DNA of 63,026 nucleotides, the filler included, from Octopus bimaculoides (taxonomy: Eukaryota): the NCBI RefSeq assembly GCF_001194135.2. It is 5 parts of 5 records of this genome, joined end to end, with 100 filler letters (N's around TTAATTAATTAA, not from the genome) between each part and the next. Parts side by side here need not be neighbours in the genome. Positions count along the whole stretch, not along the records: positions 43,060 to 56,419 come from NC_068986.1; positions 56,520 to 59,677 come from NC_069003.1; positions 59,778 to 63,026 come from NC_068982.1; 2 more parts are not named here. One strand, 5' to 3'. This document shows positions 49,875 through 62,719 of this stretch, piece after piece (positions within the stretch are counted from its first letter, which is position 1; the number at the start of each line of letters is the position of its first letter). The position numbers were made by a program, and so were the translations under genes. Under the pieces are notes generated by a model, which searched no databases, was not told where the DNA came from, and was given only the letters and a program-made list of their open reading frames with translations.

Positions 49875-52110
49875 TCTATCAATATCTATGTATCTCTTGT
49901 CTCTGTCGCTTTCTCCCTATCACACATGTTTCTTCTTCACTTACCCACACACCCCCATTTTTTCTCTTTTTGTCCTCGTTCATAACCCTTACCACCACAC
50001 ACCAAACACTACCATCATCACTACCATAGCCAAAACCATCGCCAGCACCCTCTCTACTAATACCAACACCGCAACACAACCACCACCAGTAACACCACCC
50101 CTTCCACAACCAACATCGCAACCGCTACCACCAGCAAGAACCCCTACCACGTATGCCAGCCCCACCACCACCATCCATACCATCACCATCATTTTCACAC
50201 CCCTCCTTAATACCTCCACACTTCATCCCCACCACCACCACCCCTACTATCACCGCCACCACGTATAATAGCACCACTGCCACCCGCACTACCACATCGT
50301 GACATCTCTTTCCCACCACTAACTCTACCAACACCACAATCAGTAACCATCGCCATTATAACTACCGCTGTTCCTATCATGGCCACCACCACCAACAATA
50401 CCATCACTAACGACAAGAGCATTCCTAGAACAAATATCATCCCCGTTGTGGTCCCTACGACTTCCATTTCTACAGCCACCCCTACATCTCTCACTTCATT
50501 CACCACCACCACCACCACCGCTACTACTGCGAGCTTCGCCATCACGCCACCACTAAAAGCAGCATCACCACCGCCATCACTTCCCTTTCACCACCACTGC
50601 CTATACCAACACTACAACTTTTGCCTTCGCCACTACCATCACCAACACAACTAACACCGCAACCTATATTAACACAAACAACACCACAATCACCACCACA
50701 ACCACCACCACCACTGTCACAACCAACACTACTACCAATACCACCACAACCACCACCTTCAACGCTACCACAAACTAGACTGCCACACCAAACACTACCA
50801 CCATCACCACCACCATCACCACCACCACCACAACTACCATCACCACCACCACCACCGCAACCAACACACCCAAACGACCAACACTACTACCATCACCACC
50901 ACAATCATAGNNNNNNNNNNNNNNNNNNNNNNNNNNNNNNNNNNNNNNNNNNNNNNNNTCATAACCATCGCCTTCAACACCATCATCACCACCACCACAA
51001 CCACAACCAACACACTCAAACAACTAATACCACTACCACCATCACCACCACCACCGCAACCACCATCACCACCACCACCGCAACCAACACACCCAAACGA
51101 CCAACACTACTACCATCACCACCACAATCATAGCCATCGCCTTCAACACCACCACAACCAACACCACAACCACCTTCATTACCACCAATACAAGTTTCCA
51201 TCACTACCACCACTACCATCACCACCACTACCATCACCACCACCACCACCATCAGTTATTGTCGTCGTTATCGTTACCGTTGTCATCTGTTTACACTGCT
51301 GTAGTTTGGCGTGCTATGCAAATCTTCTCCGTGAGTGTACAATTAAATTGACATTACCGTCACTAGTTTCATCTCTGAGCCTGCACTGGTTGGCGAACCA
51401 TGATCTTGTGGGACTTCCCACCAAATTGGATGCTGTCTGTTGGCAGCAATGACGCTGTCTGCCTGTCTGTCCGCCAGTTTGTCCGCCTCACAGTCTGTCT
51501 GTCTCTCAGTTCGTCTGTCTGACTGCCTATTTGATCAATATTTGGTTTATATAGCTGATATAGAACTTTACCGTTAACTATCAACAGCGCCAACATCAGT
51601 ATCACGTTCATCCCACCAATGCCCCCACCATCAACACCTCCATCATCAATCCCACCACCACCGACCACACCGCCATCAACGCATCCACCATCAACACCCC
51701 AACAATCAACGCCTTCGCCATCAATACCTCCACCATCAACACACCTACATCACAACCACTTTTACCAATACCATTACAGTCACTTATGTTATCACCAATT
51801 GCAGCACCACTCGCTACCACCACCACTTTAGCACCGTCGTCATCAACACCGACATCATCATCAACACTGACATCATCTCCACTACTGTCATCACCATCAG
51901 TATCAACACTAGCACCACTACTTTCACCGCCCATCACAACCACTAATACTACACCTACAGGTACCAACGCCAACAATTACAGCACCATCAACAACAGTAC
52001 CACTTTCAATATCCTCATGAGCACTGTCTCTATCACAACCGCCACGACAGCCACCAATGCCACCGCCAACACCACCACAGCTGCGACCAGACTATTTTCT
52101 ATTGCTATCT
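49875..52110. repeat. (ACC/CAC/CAT)-rich low-complexity tract
   Basis: Degenerate trinucleotide repeats giving Thr/Pro/His-rich ORFs in several frames. Confidence 0.85.
51305..51330 (+). other. Candidate 26-nt micro-exon of an unknown gene
   Basis: TTTACACTGCTGTAG | TTTGGCGTGCTATGCAAATCTTCTCC | GTGAGT. Confidence 0.2.
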
Positions 52111-52142
52111 ATTCTATATTTTGTTTTCTATGTGTATTCTAT

Positions 52143-52611
52143 TTATGCCTCCTCCTTGATATGAGTGTGTCAATCGATATAAATGTATCTGTCAAAACCT
52201 ACCAAAAACTGAGCAAGTATAAAGATCTTGAAATAGAAATTGGCGAAATGTGGAACCTCAAAACTAAAACAATACCTGTTGTCATAGATGCTCTCTGAAT
52301 GATAGCAAAAGGGGCTGATTCCCATCTAGCTCAGTTACCAGGAAACCCCAAAATGGCAGAAATTCAAAATATAGTGCTCATGGAAACAGTCTATATCTTA
52401 CGTAAAATACTGTCTATGTAATCTCAAATTTTAAAACAAACTCTTAATTTTCTCATGTTTTCTTAAACATCCTCTAGAACAATACTATGTGCAAAACCAA
52501 ATATATGACATCCTAAGCATAACACCAACGTGGACTTCTAACTTGTTGTCTCTTGAGGTCTCTGGGTGAGACTTGGAGCCAACTTGTACAAATACAAAGC
52601 AAAAGTCAAAC

Positions 52612-52692
<81 letters not shown>

Positions 52693-52699
52693 TAATAAA

Positions 52700-52750
<51 letters not shown>
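52143..52750 (+). mobile_element. Dong/R4-clade non-LTR retrotransposon 3' end: restriction-like endonuclease C-terminus and (AAT)n tail
   Basis: LLLDMSV..KTYQKLSKYKDLEIEIGEMWNLKTKTIPVVIDAL...ILRKILSM* (stop 52419-52421). (AAT)n at ~52614-52750. Confidence 0.85.
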
Positions 52751-53424
52751 TTCTTAAGTAACCAGAAGATTGATTTGGTATTAATCTTTATTTTGTACAA
52801 CGGTCGTTTCGGCCCACGCTGCTAATGTTCCTTATGGGCGGGACTCCGTTCAACATGTATTGTATCCATTTTACTGTCTGGGTCGCTTCAGGTATATCCA
52901 TACATAAAGTTGTGTCCCGCTAAAGATCCTGAATTTTGGCTGTCATGCTGTTATATGCCCGTCTGGTTAGGGAATGAAACACTGCTACAATTTTCGATTA
53001 CTATTATCTTTCCATAATAAGAGTTGCAAACATTTGTAAATATACATACGAATTTCCATATTCAGTCACAATTTTTCAACACCTTTTCATTCTAACATAC
53101 TTTCTTACCCACCAATATTCTTTACATAATTCTTTCGATCTTTCTTCCTGATTGACTTCTGCCGAACCCCTGGATTATCTCACTTTGTCAAACACACACA
53201 CACACACACACATACACACACAAGCACATGCATTATAATCGTTTCTAAAACTGACAGAATGCCACGAATTTGGTGTGAGGAATTATTTAATTAAATCACC
53301 CCGGTACTTTGTAGATCCATGAAGGATGAAAATTACAGTTAACCTGGGTAAAATTTGATCTCAAATCTTTAAGGGGCGCATTTTGTCCGGCATTGCAATG
53401 ATTCCCCCAATTCATCGTCTCTAG

Positions 53425-53498
<74 letters not shown>

Positions 53499-53899
53499 CG
53501 CATTTGCATCTGTATGTGAAGACGGACAGACAGACAGACAGACAGAAATGATTCTTAAGATGGCGTGTACTCAACATAACTCGTACTGAAAGTGCAATCT
53601 CAGGAGAGAATACCTTTGAAAGTTATACTCTTTGTTATAAACTTTTCTCTTTCTAGCTTCTAAGTTGAGAATTGTTATCTGTTAGCTTTATGTTTACATC
53701 AATGCTAACCACGCAGCATCTGCATACGTATATGGAGGAGTGAGCAAGTTCTATTGAAGAAGGCTGGCAATTGTTCATCCATGTAAGTTACTTCTCTATA
53801 CGATATCGATGCTTATACAACAGAAAGAGCATTGAGTTCGACCAGTACAGTAAGGCACCTGTGTCGTCACAGACGTCGCTGTCAAAGTGCAAAGAGCTT

Positions 53900-53992
53900 A
53901 GGCTAATACCACAGGGCTAAGGCTAATACCACAGGGCTAAGGCTAATACCACAGGGCTAAGGCTAATACCACAGGGCTAAGGCTAATACCAC
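53900..53992. repeat. Perfect 20-bp minisatellite, ~4.6 copies (AGGCTAATACCACAGGGCTA)
   Basis: Exact period of 20 bp with no variant units. Confidence 0.97.
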
Positions 53993-54129
53993 TCGAAGCC
54001 CGAAAGAATGGAAAGAAATGTTGACCTTTGCAATATTTATAATCAGAGTCCAATCGAATACTGTGAGACATTTTATCCAACTCCCTAGTACCTGTTCAAT
54101 TCGCTAGGTTCAGATGAGGGTAGCCAACA

Positions 54130-54650
54130 TGTATGCAACTCTTACTGAATTAGGGCTTGCCTACTTATGCATGTGAAGACTAGACCCAGCAGACTCTGCG
54201 GAAGAAATCTTCATGGCTCAAAGGAGAAGACGGCGGCTACAATAACCCATTGTGGAATGCAGGGAGTAAGAAGCAGCAAGACATCTTGGTCATCTGCTGC
54301 ATCAGTCAGCGTCCCCGGTCATCTTGAATTGGTCTTCTCACTGACTTGAAGATGGTCATGGACGAGAGAGTAAAGTCGACAGTGCGCATCTCTTCTTCAC
54401 TTTAACCTTTGAACGGTGGACATCATCAACTGATGTTTCAAACATTCTACAGGATACAGCCATCATCAATTGATGCCCAAAAGTCTGCTTTGTCAAATGC
54501 GCCTAAGCGTAGGAAGAAATCAAGCCGAAAATGGAATATTTATGCAGCTATGAGGAAGATTTTTTTTCTGACTTTCCTTTCATCACCAGATGAGATTATG
54601 TTGATGATGATGATCTAGATAGAGCAGAAGAAAGTGATGCTTCAACTACC
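54130..54650 (+). mobile_element. Possible highly decayed DNA-transposase C-terminal remnant (Academ-like?)
   Basis: Frameshifted CLLMHVK, HG..GEDGG..PLW...QDIL and an acidic tail. Resemblance is from memory only. Confidence 0.3.
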
Positions 54651-55800
54651 TCTAGATAGAAAAAATGCACCGATTTTTCTCCATTTGTATATTCGTTTAG
54701 CAACAACAATGCGGAAATCCCAAATCATTTAATTGCCCTTTTGTCTTTATTATTATAATCTAAGAGAGTTAAAATATCATTTTCATAGTTGTTGTACTTA
54801 TTTAAAGTGAAAACATATATAAAACTTACTCTTAAGAAAATTTTTTTTTTTCTTTTTGATTTTTGCCAGTTTTGCACACACTGTCATATCAACATTTTCC
54901 CCGCCGTTTAAGGTTCAAATCAAATCACCACGCATGTCATCAGTCATCCTTCACCCAAAGTAATTAGATAGTATTCGTCGTTCCGACGGATTAACATGCA
55001 TACCTAAATAAAAATTATGATGGTTATAACAAGAATACTTTTACTCATAAATCTATTGCATGATGGCTTATCTGATGCTAAATAACAAATACGGCACTAC
55101 ATTTTCGAAGGTATTCGTAGGCCTATTTCATATCTAAAAAGCTGGCCATTTTCTTTTTTAAAAACGGAGTGGGTTAGGATTTCATACAACATCACTTTAA
55201 ACTTATTCCAAGCTGATTTCCGCCATATTGATTATTAAAAGTAAACGCACGCATAAATATTCAAAACAAATACACAGTTCCGCAAAAAATCCTAATAACC
55301 AATAGAAGTATACATATATTTTTAAATTAAAGTTAAATAAAACTTTATTAAAATAAATTAATGTATAATAAGTGTTGAGTTATAAAAGAACTAAAGCAAC
55401 AGCCTAATCTTCATAATATCAAAGATCGGCGATGCTAGCCATATAAAATTTTGTAAATATTAACCTCATGTATAATGTGACTTGGAAAACTTTGATCTTT
55501 AATTCAAGTATAAAATGTTTCGTATTATATACGCGTAAATACGATATAATATTTATGTCCTCGAGAAAAAAAAATATGGATACGGCAGCATGGTGGATGG
55601 TATATAATACGTATATACTTTGATATTTTCGTCTTGCTTAGAGTTCAGACATTAAATAGAGGAAAATTGAAAGAAAATGCTGGAAAGCATTAAATAGGTT
55701 ACAGAATATAGAGCGTTAAGTATATTACATATGTGTGTGCATGTGTATGCGCGTGTTTATATGTTGATAGATAGATAGATAGATACATGTATGTATGAAC

Positions 55801-55834
<34 letters not shown>

Positions 55835-55929
55835 CTGTATACATACATANNNNNNNNNNGTGTGTGTGTGTGTGTGTGTGTGTATGTATGCATGTATGTA
55901 TATATGTACTTCGTTTTTCTATTTGGTAT

Positions 55930-56419
55930 GCATGATTCTTTATGTGAATTCGTGTGTTGAAGCATATTTTATTGTCTGGGGAGAGTCATTCTCTTTTAGT
56001 ACCTTATTACTTAACACATTCATCGGTTCGATTTCCATTAATTTACTTATTTATTTTGTCTAATTTTTTCGTTGCGTCTTGCAACCACTTCAGTTGTTGT
56101 TGACTATTGAAAAGGTTGCAAGACGCAACGAAAATTTTAGAAAAACTGAGCGGAAATATTTTCTACTGTAAGCACAGAGCCCGAGATTTTTGATGAAGGG
56201 CCCAGTCGATTAGATCTACCCCAGTACACAATTGGTACTTGATTTGTCGACACTCGAAAGGATAAAAGGTAAAATCGACCTCGGTGGAATTTGAACCCAG
56301 AACGTAAAGACAGACAAAATACCGCTAAACATTTCGCCCGCCGTCCTAACGTTTCTGCCTGATGCCACCTTTTAAATGAATGGAAATCGAACTGGTGAGT
56401 GTATTAAATAATAAGGCAC
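55930..56419. mobile_element. Inverted pair of PLE-like termini, right arm interrupted by a SINE
   Basis: Perfect 21-bp arms at 56066-56086 and 56114-56134. Outer arms 55999-56046 and 56373-56419 are ~85% complementary. Confidence 0.6.
56150..56372 (-). mobile_element. SINE family B, diverged
   Basis: GTCGACACTCGAAAGGATAAAAGGTAAAATCGACCTCGG...GAATTTGAACCC, homologous to 23802-24030. Confidence 0.8.
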
Positions 56420-56529
56420 NNNNNNNNNNNNNNNNNNNNNNNNNNNNNNNNNNNNNNNNNNNNTTAATTAATTAANNNNNNNNNNNNNNNNNNNNNNNNN
56501 NNNNNNNNNNNNNNNNNNNAACTGGCCAG

Positions 56530-56760
56530 GAGAAAATTGTATAGTAGCTCCTCAAGTGGATTGTACCCGTAATTCAAAGGGTACAGGTACAGTTTTGTTA
56601 TACACGCTGTCTCACGTTGATTCTACCAGAGAATTTCGTCAAGAGAAACACGTGTCTGTGGAGTACTCAGCCGCTTAGATAGACGTTTATACAACGTTTA
56701 TTAACTTGAGTCGAACAGCTGAACTGGATTGTTCATCGTCGAAAGGGACTGAGACCCACC
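56530..56760 (+). mobile_element. SINE family D body remnant
   Basis: GTAATTCAAAGGG...ACACGTGTCTGTGGAGTACTCAGCC. A related antisense remnant lies at ~28490-28620. Family link is from recall. Confidence 0.45.
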
Positions 56761-58264
56761 ACCATAATATAACTGGTGCGAGTCAATTATTCACTGATTA
56801 AGAAAATTAGACAATTGTTAAAGGAATGGAGGGGGGGGGGGTAAATTACTCAGGACTGACTTCTGCTTCAAGAATTCATAGCTAAGTGCAGACCAAGTAG
56901 TGGGCCAGAAAATAAAACAAAAATAGAAAGAAAGAAAGAAAGAAAGAAAGGACTATAGCAGATTAATTGAATATTATGATGGCATTCTCGTAGAATGTTG
57001 TGGAATCCAGTTGAACGAGGAATTGCAAGATTGTGGAACATTCATTGGCGAACTGAAGCGACAAACAGTCACACTTTAAAATATATCTTTCGTTCTCTTT
57101 CTCTCTCTTTCTGTCCTTCTCTCTCTCTCTTTCTCTCTCTCTCTCTTTGTTGCTATTCCATAATCTGTTTCCCTTCCCTCCTCTACTTCCATTGTCAATT
57201 ATATGTGCGTGTGTGAGAGCAAGAGAGTGAAAGTGAGAGAGAGAGAGAGAGAGAGAGTTCGTGCGTGTTTGTACGCGAGAATATGCATGTATAAGCGTAT
57301 GTTTTTCACTCTTCAATTATTATTTACAATATGTATACCGTTTATGTTTATATATATGTATATCTATATATATATGTGTGTGCATGTGTGAATGTCTGTT
57401 TATATGTATATTTGTAACTACTTGTATGTTCGTGTATGTGTATGTCTGTGTGTGTATGCGTATGTGTGCGCATGTGCATATTCTATTAGACAAATACACA
57501 GATATATATATATATAAGCTTATATACATATACATCCGTACATACATAAATATACACATAAAAGTATATGTGCTTTTGCATTCATACAGACTTCGCCACA
57601 TACGCTTGTCTACCTACATCCCAACCTACATACTTACCTACTTACTTACACACATGCATACATTGCATACATAGCATAACATTACAGTATATACATATTT
57701 ACATAGATGTAGGGTAGACAGAGAAGTGAGAAAAACCTGCATACACACGCGCATACGATCACTGAAGGACTCTGTTGCGATGAAAATGTCAACGAGATGA
57801 CATTTGGAAAGCTTACATCGCTATTTCAGTCCCAAAGCCAACCTACTTGAGCTTTAAATAAATTATAATGAACCCCCGTTGATAAATATATATATGTATA
57901 TATATATATATATGTATATANNNNNNNNNNATATATATATATATATATACGCGCGCACACAAACACGCACACATACAAAGATATATGTAATGTATGTATG
58001 TATATATATATGTATGTATGTATGTATGTATGCGTGTTATAACACATGTATATATAGAAATGCATACGTACATATAACACATGTATGTATAAATATGAAT
58101 ATGTGTATGTATGTATGGATATATAAGTGCATATTTGTATATGTTTGTATATGCATATTACTCGTGTCTGTATATATGTATGCATGCGTATGTGTGTTAT
58201 ACCATACAGACACTCGCACACACGCATATGTGTGTGTTTGTGTGTATCTATGTATCTATATCCA

Positions 58265-58308
<44 letters not shown>

Positions 58309-58432
58309 TTGCATTTATTCATTTATGTATGTATGTGTATTTATGTATGAGCATACGTACATATAGGTTATGTACGATCTCCATATATTTATATATATCG
58401 ATGGACACATACACACACATTTCCACTTCCAG

Positions 58433-58504
58433 CGGTGGAATAGTGACTGGCTGACAGGCTGGCCGGTGTGCTACCTGGCAGGATCTTCTGTTGGCCGGAT
58501 GTTG
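58433..58504 (+). other. Candidate 72-nt coding exon (RWNSDWLTGWPVCYLAGSSVGRML), unknown gene
   Basis: CATTTCCACTTCCAG acceptor and TTG|GTAAGG donor. Phase 0-0, with only one stop-free frame. Confidence 0.3.
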
Positions 58505-59375
58505 GTAAGGGTCTGTGATTGCTGCCTGCAACATACGAAGAACTATAACCCAATTGGTTCCAGATCAATGCTTTTATTGGAACTTTGTACACACAGAGAA
58601 TAGACAATTGTGGCGGATGGCATGGTTGGGAAGTCGCAGAGGAAATTAATGGGTTGTTTCTAGTTAGGTACAGAAAAAAAAAATCGCAATTTAAAAAAAA
58701 AAAGGGAAATAAATAAAATATAAAAATAGTTTTTTTTCTTCTTGAAGCAGATTGACTGTTTGTGGTAGTGTTGGTGGTGGTGGTGGTGGTGGTGTTGCAT
58801 TTAGTGGTGGCGATGTTGATGAACACGGTGTTGGTGCCGATGGGGATGTCGGTGGTGATGATTGTTGTGGTAATGTGGTAGTTGTTGTGGTGGTGGTGGT
58901 GGTGGTGGTGGTGGTGATAGTTGTTATGGTAGCGTTGTTGTTGTTGTTGTTGTTGGTGGTAGTTGTGGCGGTGACGGCGGTTGTGGCACTGGTCGTTGGA
59001 ACGCGTACACGTCATGTGTATCGATTAGCAGCCTGTGTATATTGGAATGGTTCTAGAACGAGACTAGAAGAAATTAAGGAAGGAAGGAAGGAAGGAAGGA
59101 AGGAAGGAAGGAAGGAAAGAATACAGAAACGAATGAAAATGAATGAAAGAAAGAAAAGAAACGTAAAGAAAGAAAGCAAAAATAAAATGAAGAAAAAAAC
59201 TGAAAGAAAGAGAGGAAGAAGAAGAACGAGGAGGAAAGATGAAAACGGATGGAGAAGAAGAAGAAGAAGAAGAAGAAGAAGAAGAAGAAGAAACAGTATC
59301 AATGAGACAAATCGTCGATGAAATGAACGAACGTAAACGTCATTATGAAACTATTGCTATTTACGTTCGGGAATT

Positions 59376-59469
59376 GGTTTCATTTGCTGTTGGGATATGA
59401 GGTATCCTAATTAATGATGGTATAACAATAGGTGCACCATCGAGACCACTACTTGCTAATGTTTATGGA
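59376..59469 (+). mobile_element. Tiny PLE-type RT remnant
   Basis: NDGITIGAPSRPLLANVY resembles the RT motif 'DGVAMGSPLGPLLAN'. Confidence 0.45.
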
Positions 59470-59912
59470 TAAGCTACTTTTTGGACAAATTAGGTCTTGA
59501 AGAGTGTAATACTATAAACTCACATACACACTATATATATATATATATATATATGTAGATATATGTGTGTGTGTGTGCGTATTTATATATGAATGCATGT
59601 ATGTTTGTATATATATATATATATATGTATCCATGTATATATATATATATATATGTATGTACATATATTACATATATNNNNNNNNNNNNNNNNNNNNNNN
59701 NNNNNNNNNNNNNNNNNNNNNTTAATTAATTAANNNNNNNNNNNNNNNNNNNNNNNNNNNNNNNNNNNNNNNNNNNNCTAAAAGATTTTAGACAAAAACG
59801 TTTATTTAAAAGAAGTCTAGTGAAAATATTGCGTAAAAAAAGGATAGAATAAATAGATATAAAAGCATGAATGAAAATTTTATTATTAATGAAGGATTAA
59901 ACTTTATATAAC

Positions 59913-59953
<41 letters not shown>

Positions 59954-60034
59954 GAACATGGGCGCGCGCGTGTTTAAGTGTTTGTTTGTGTGTGGAACAT
60001 TGGATATGACCTATTTTGGCCGTTGTAATCTGGT

Positions 60035-60212
60035 AGGCCTTATGTTCAGTCTGAGGCTGTATCGGGAGAAGATTGGAGGTATAACATCGCCATCACTACT
60101 GATCAATCCAAACACCATGATGTTGACTGGATGTTTGATTTTTATTACTGTCAGTACAAGTTTTGAGGACACGACAAGCCTATACTTGTTCTGTGTGTTC
60201 ACCATCTGTTCG
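60035..60212 (-). mobile_element. Tc1/mariner transposase fragment
   Basis: QMVNTQN...IKHPVNIMVFGLISSDGDVIPP....LRLN. Confidence 0.8.
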
Positions 60213-60692
60213 TATTGAAGCCTCCGGCGCGAATACCAAGCAGTGCAGCATGTCGTTTCTAAACTTCTGGCAGAGTAAATTGAGTCATGGTACCGTTTCC
60301 TTATTACAATCGGCGCCCAACTGACCCTGCCGAAATCAAAAACAATGTACATGCGCACAATTTAAAATTAAAAAAATGAAGACAATATACCAATCGCATC
60401 CTGCATATATATGTATATATGTGTGTGTGTTTGTGCGTGTATGTGTGCATGTTTGTGTGTATGTATACACACACAGACGTAAACATGTATTTATATATAT
60501 GCATATATTTACATATATATATTTCCATATATATACATATATATACATACATACGCACATACGCACACACATATATATTTTATTATCTCTCTCTCTCTCT
60601 CTCTTTATATATATATATATACAGAGAGAGAGAAAGAGAGACAGACAGCCAGACAGACAGACATACAGGCTGACAGATAGATATATAGATAA

Positions 60693-60743
<51 letters not shown>

Positions 60744-61514
60744 TATGTGAGTACATTCAGATTGATAGAGAAATGATGTGTTAAGGAGGCAGACAAAGAC
60801 TGATTTAGGGTGTGGGATTTTATTTGATTCCATTTATATCAGCAAAAGATTAAGTTAATTAGCTCGATCTTTGTTGAATTGCATATTTCACAAAATTCAA
60901 TTATGCTTAAGCAGATTTATTCCCTAGGTTTCCCAAATGTATGAACGAAAACCAATATATGAATATGAAGAATCGAAATATATATTCATATTTTGCATGG
61001 AAAATAACAGGAAAACTTTATTATATTTTTTTCCATCTTATCTTTACTTGGAAAAATACACAAGGAAATTTAGTAATAACTTGTTTGAATATATTTTGGA
61101 AAAGAAAAATGTAATCAGTTTTCTAAAGTAGATTTTAATCATGTTATAATTCTTTTACCATGATATTAAGTACATTCACCCAGAAACCTGTAGAACATAA
61201 TTACTGCAAACTTTCAGAGGATTTTTTTCTTTCCTTCAAAATGTTATTCTCTGCAGCGATAAACTAGAAATGTTATATCAATGTTCATAATTGCAGATGT
61301 GTAGCTCTTTGGTACATAATATTATTACTACCCATAGCTAAATATACGCATACATAAATGCAATACATACATTACATGCATATACACAAACACACACATA
61401 CACACAAACACACACAAACACACATAAAGCACACATACATACACACAAACACAAAGAAACAAACATAAAGCACACATACATACACACACATATCTACATA
61501 TATCTTTATTTTTA

Positions 61515-61870
61515 AGCACTAGGTTTACTCTAGAGTTTTTTTGCAATTTTCACTGATGATTTTGGCAACTTGTATCACCATGTTATCGCATTAATTTGAT
61601 GCAACTTGTCCAGTCGTTGCTGAATTATTTATAATTTATTTTCATGTATAGCAAATAAGCATAATTTTTTATTCCTTGTTTTACATCTTTGACTATGTGT
61701 GGTGAAAAAAATTGCAATTAAAACTACTTCACGCTAACAATGGAAAAATGCCTGAATCGAAGAGCAGAGGCAAAAGAAATTAATGGTGTGTAAGGCTCAG
61801 AATCTGACAACGAACATGTGACACAAAACTGGTTTAGACGTTTCAAGGAAGGTTACAATTTGGGGAATGT
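61515..61870 (+). mobile_element. Mariner 5' fragment with a decayed HTH region
   Basis: AEAKEINGV*GSE...VTQNWFRRFKEG matches the mariner N-terminal 'WFRRFK.G' motif. Confidence 0.6.
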
Positions 61871-62679
61871 CTATCTTATATAAATTCTTACACACATGGG
61901 TTAATTCTAATTTTCCTAACTCGAAATTTTTCCATTTCATTTAAAATAACTGGCTAACGTCTCAGGCTCGATCACTTCAATGTTGTCTATGTGTTTCGTA
62001 ACAAAAATATAATTATGTGTTTGTGTGTCTGTGTGTGTGTTTACGTGTGTGCACGTGTCTATGTATGCGTATGTGTGTATGTATAGGTATCACCCCCTAT
62101 CATTTTCTCTCTCATTCTTTCTCTACTTCCCTTATTTCTCCCTTTCACCGTTTTCCATCTGTCTCTCTCCTCCTCTTTCTCCTTTAATCTCTCTCGTTGA
62201 TCACCCGTGTCCATCGTCCATCTTTCTTTTCCACATATGGTCATCTTTCCTTTCTTTGAGGGCTGTCTTAATGACACGACAGATCCCATGTTTCTCTTCT
62301 ATCTTTTCTATCGTCAAAGAAAACATTTCTCCAGCGTTCGGTATTTTAACCTCGTTCTGGTTTCCGTGTTTGTTTTCGTTCGGTTTCCTTGCATGTCTCC
62401 AGTATCCTGTTTTTCTTCCCAATTTTGATCCACCAAAAAATCCCAAATATTATTTTGGTACTTATGGGAACAACTGTTTTCGAAGATTTATATTGTCGTT
62501 CAATGCTCGAAATGAGGAGTAGATAGACAGTCACCAACTGATGAGGGGTCGTTCATTATGTTTCTTGTCCTGTTTTCCATTTGTTCCTCTCGTTGACTGC
62601 GTATCGAAGTCACTTGTTTTCGCATTTCATGTTGCTTACTGTTGGTGACGTCTTGTAGTCTGTTAAAGTCTGTCATACC

Positions 62680-62719
62680 GGCCATGACGAAGGGAAATAG
62701 CCCTGAAACTCGAGTCGCC
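62680..62719 (+). ncRNA. Minimal hammerhead-like motif with a 1-nt core insertion, in a PLE-like 3' region (~62520-62760)
   Basis: GGC-C(a)TGACGA-AGGG aaatag CCCT-GAA-AC tcga GT-C-GCC. Palindromic stem III ACTCGAGT, GUC cleavage triplet. Confidence 0.55.

Noticed and set aside
7022-50268. Long ORFs of 200-450 aa in the ORF track that are mostly X
   Set aside because: They are open only because N runs contain no stop codons.
50848-51150. ~65-bp direct duplication on either side of a small gap
   Set aside because: Likely overlap of contig ends in low-complexity DNA.
49879-52100. Mucin- or extensin-like Thr/Pro/His-rich ORFs
   Set aside because: Similar ORFs appear in several frames and on both strands, with frequent stops. 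This is ACC-rich low-complexity DNA.
52780-52900. Minus-strand GCCCA...TGGGC-CGAAAC hairpin resembling a hammerhead
   Set aside because: There is no CUGANGA directly 5' of the stem. At most this is a PLE-like terminus.
53900-53992. CRISPR-like array
   Set aside because: Contiguous identical units with no spacers, in a eukaryotic context.
609-62289. ORFs made of CV/HT/YI/LS dipeptide runs
   Set aside because: These are translations of microsatellites.
62530-62650. CTGATGA with GTCACCAAC/GTTGGTGAC complementarity
   Set aside because: No stem II/GAAA module, and the putative cleavage position would be G.
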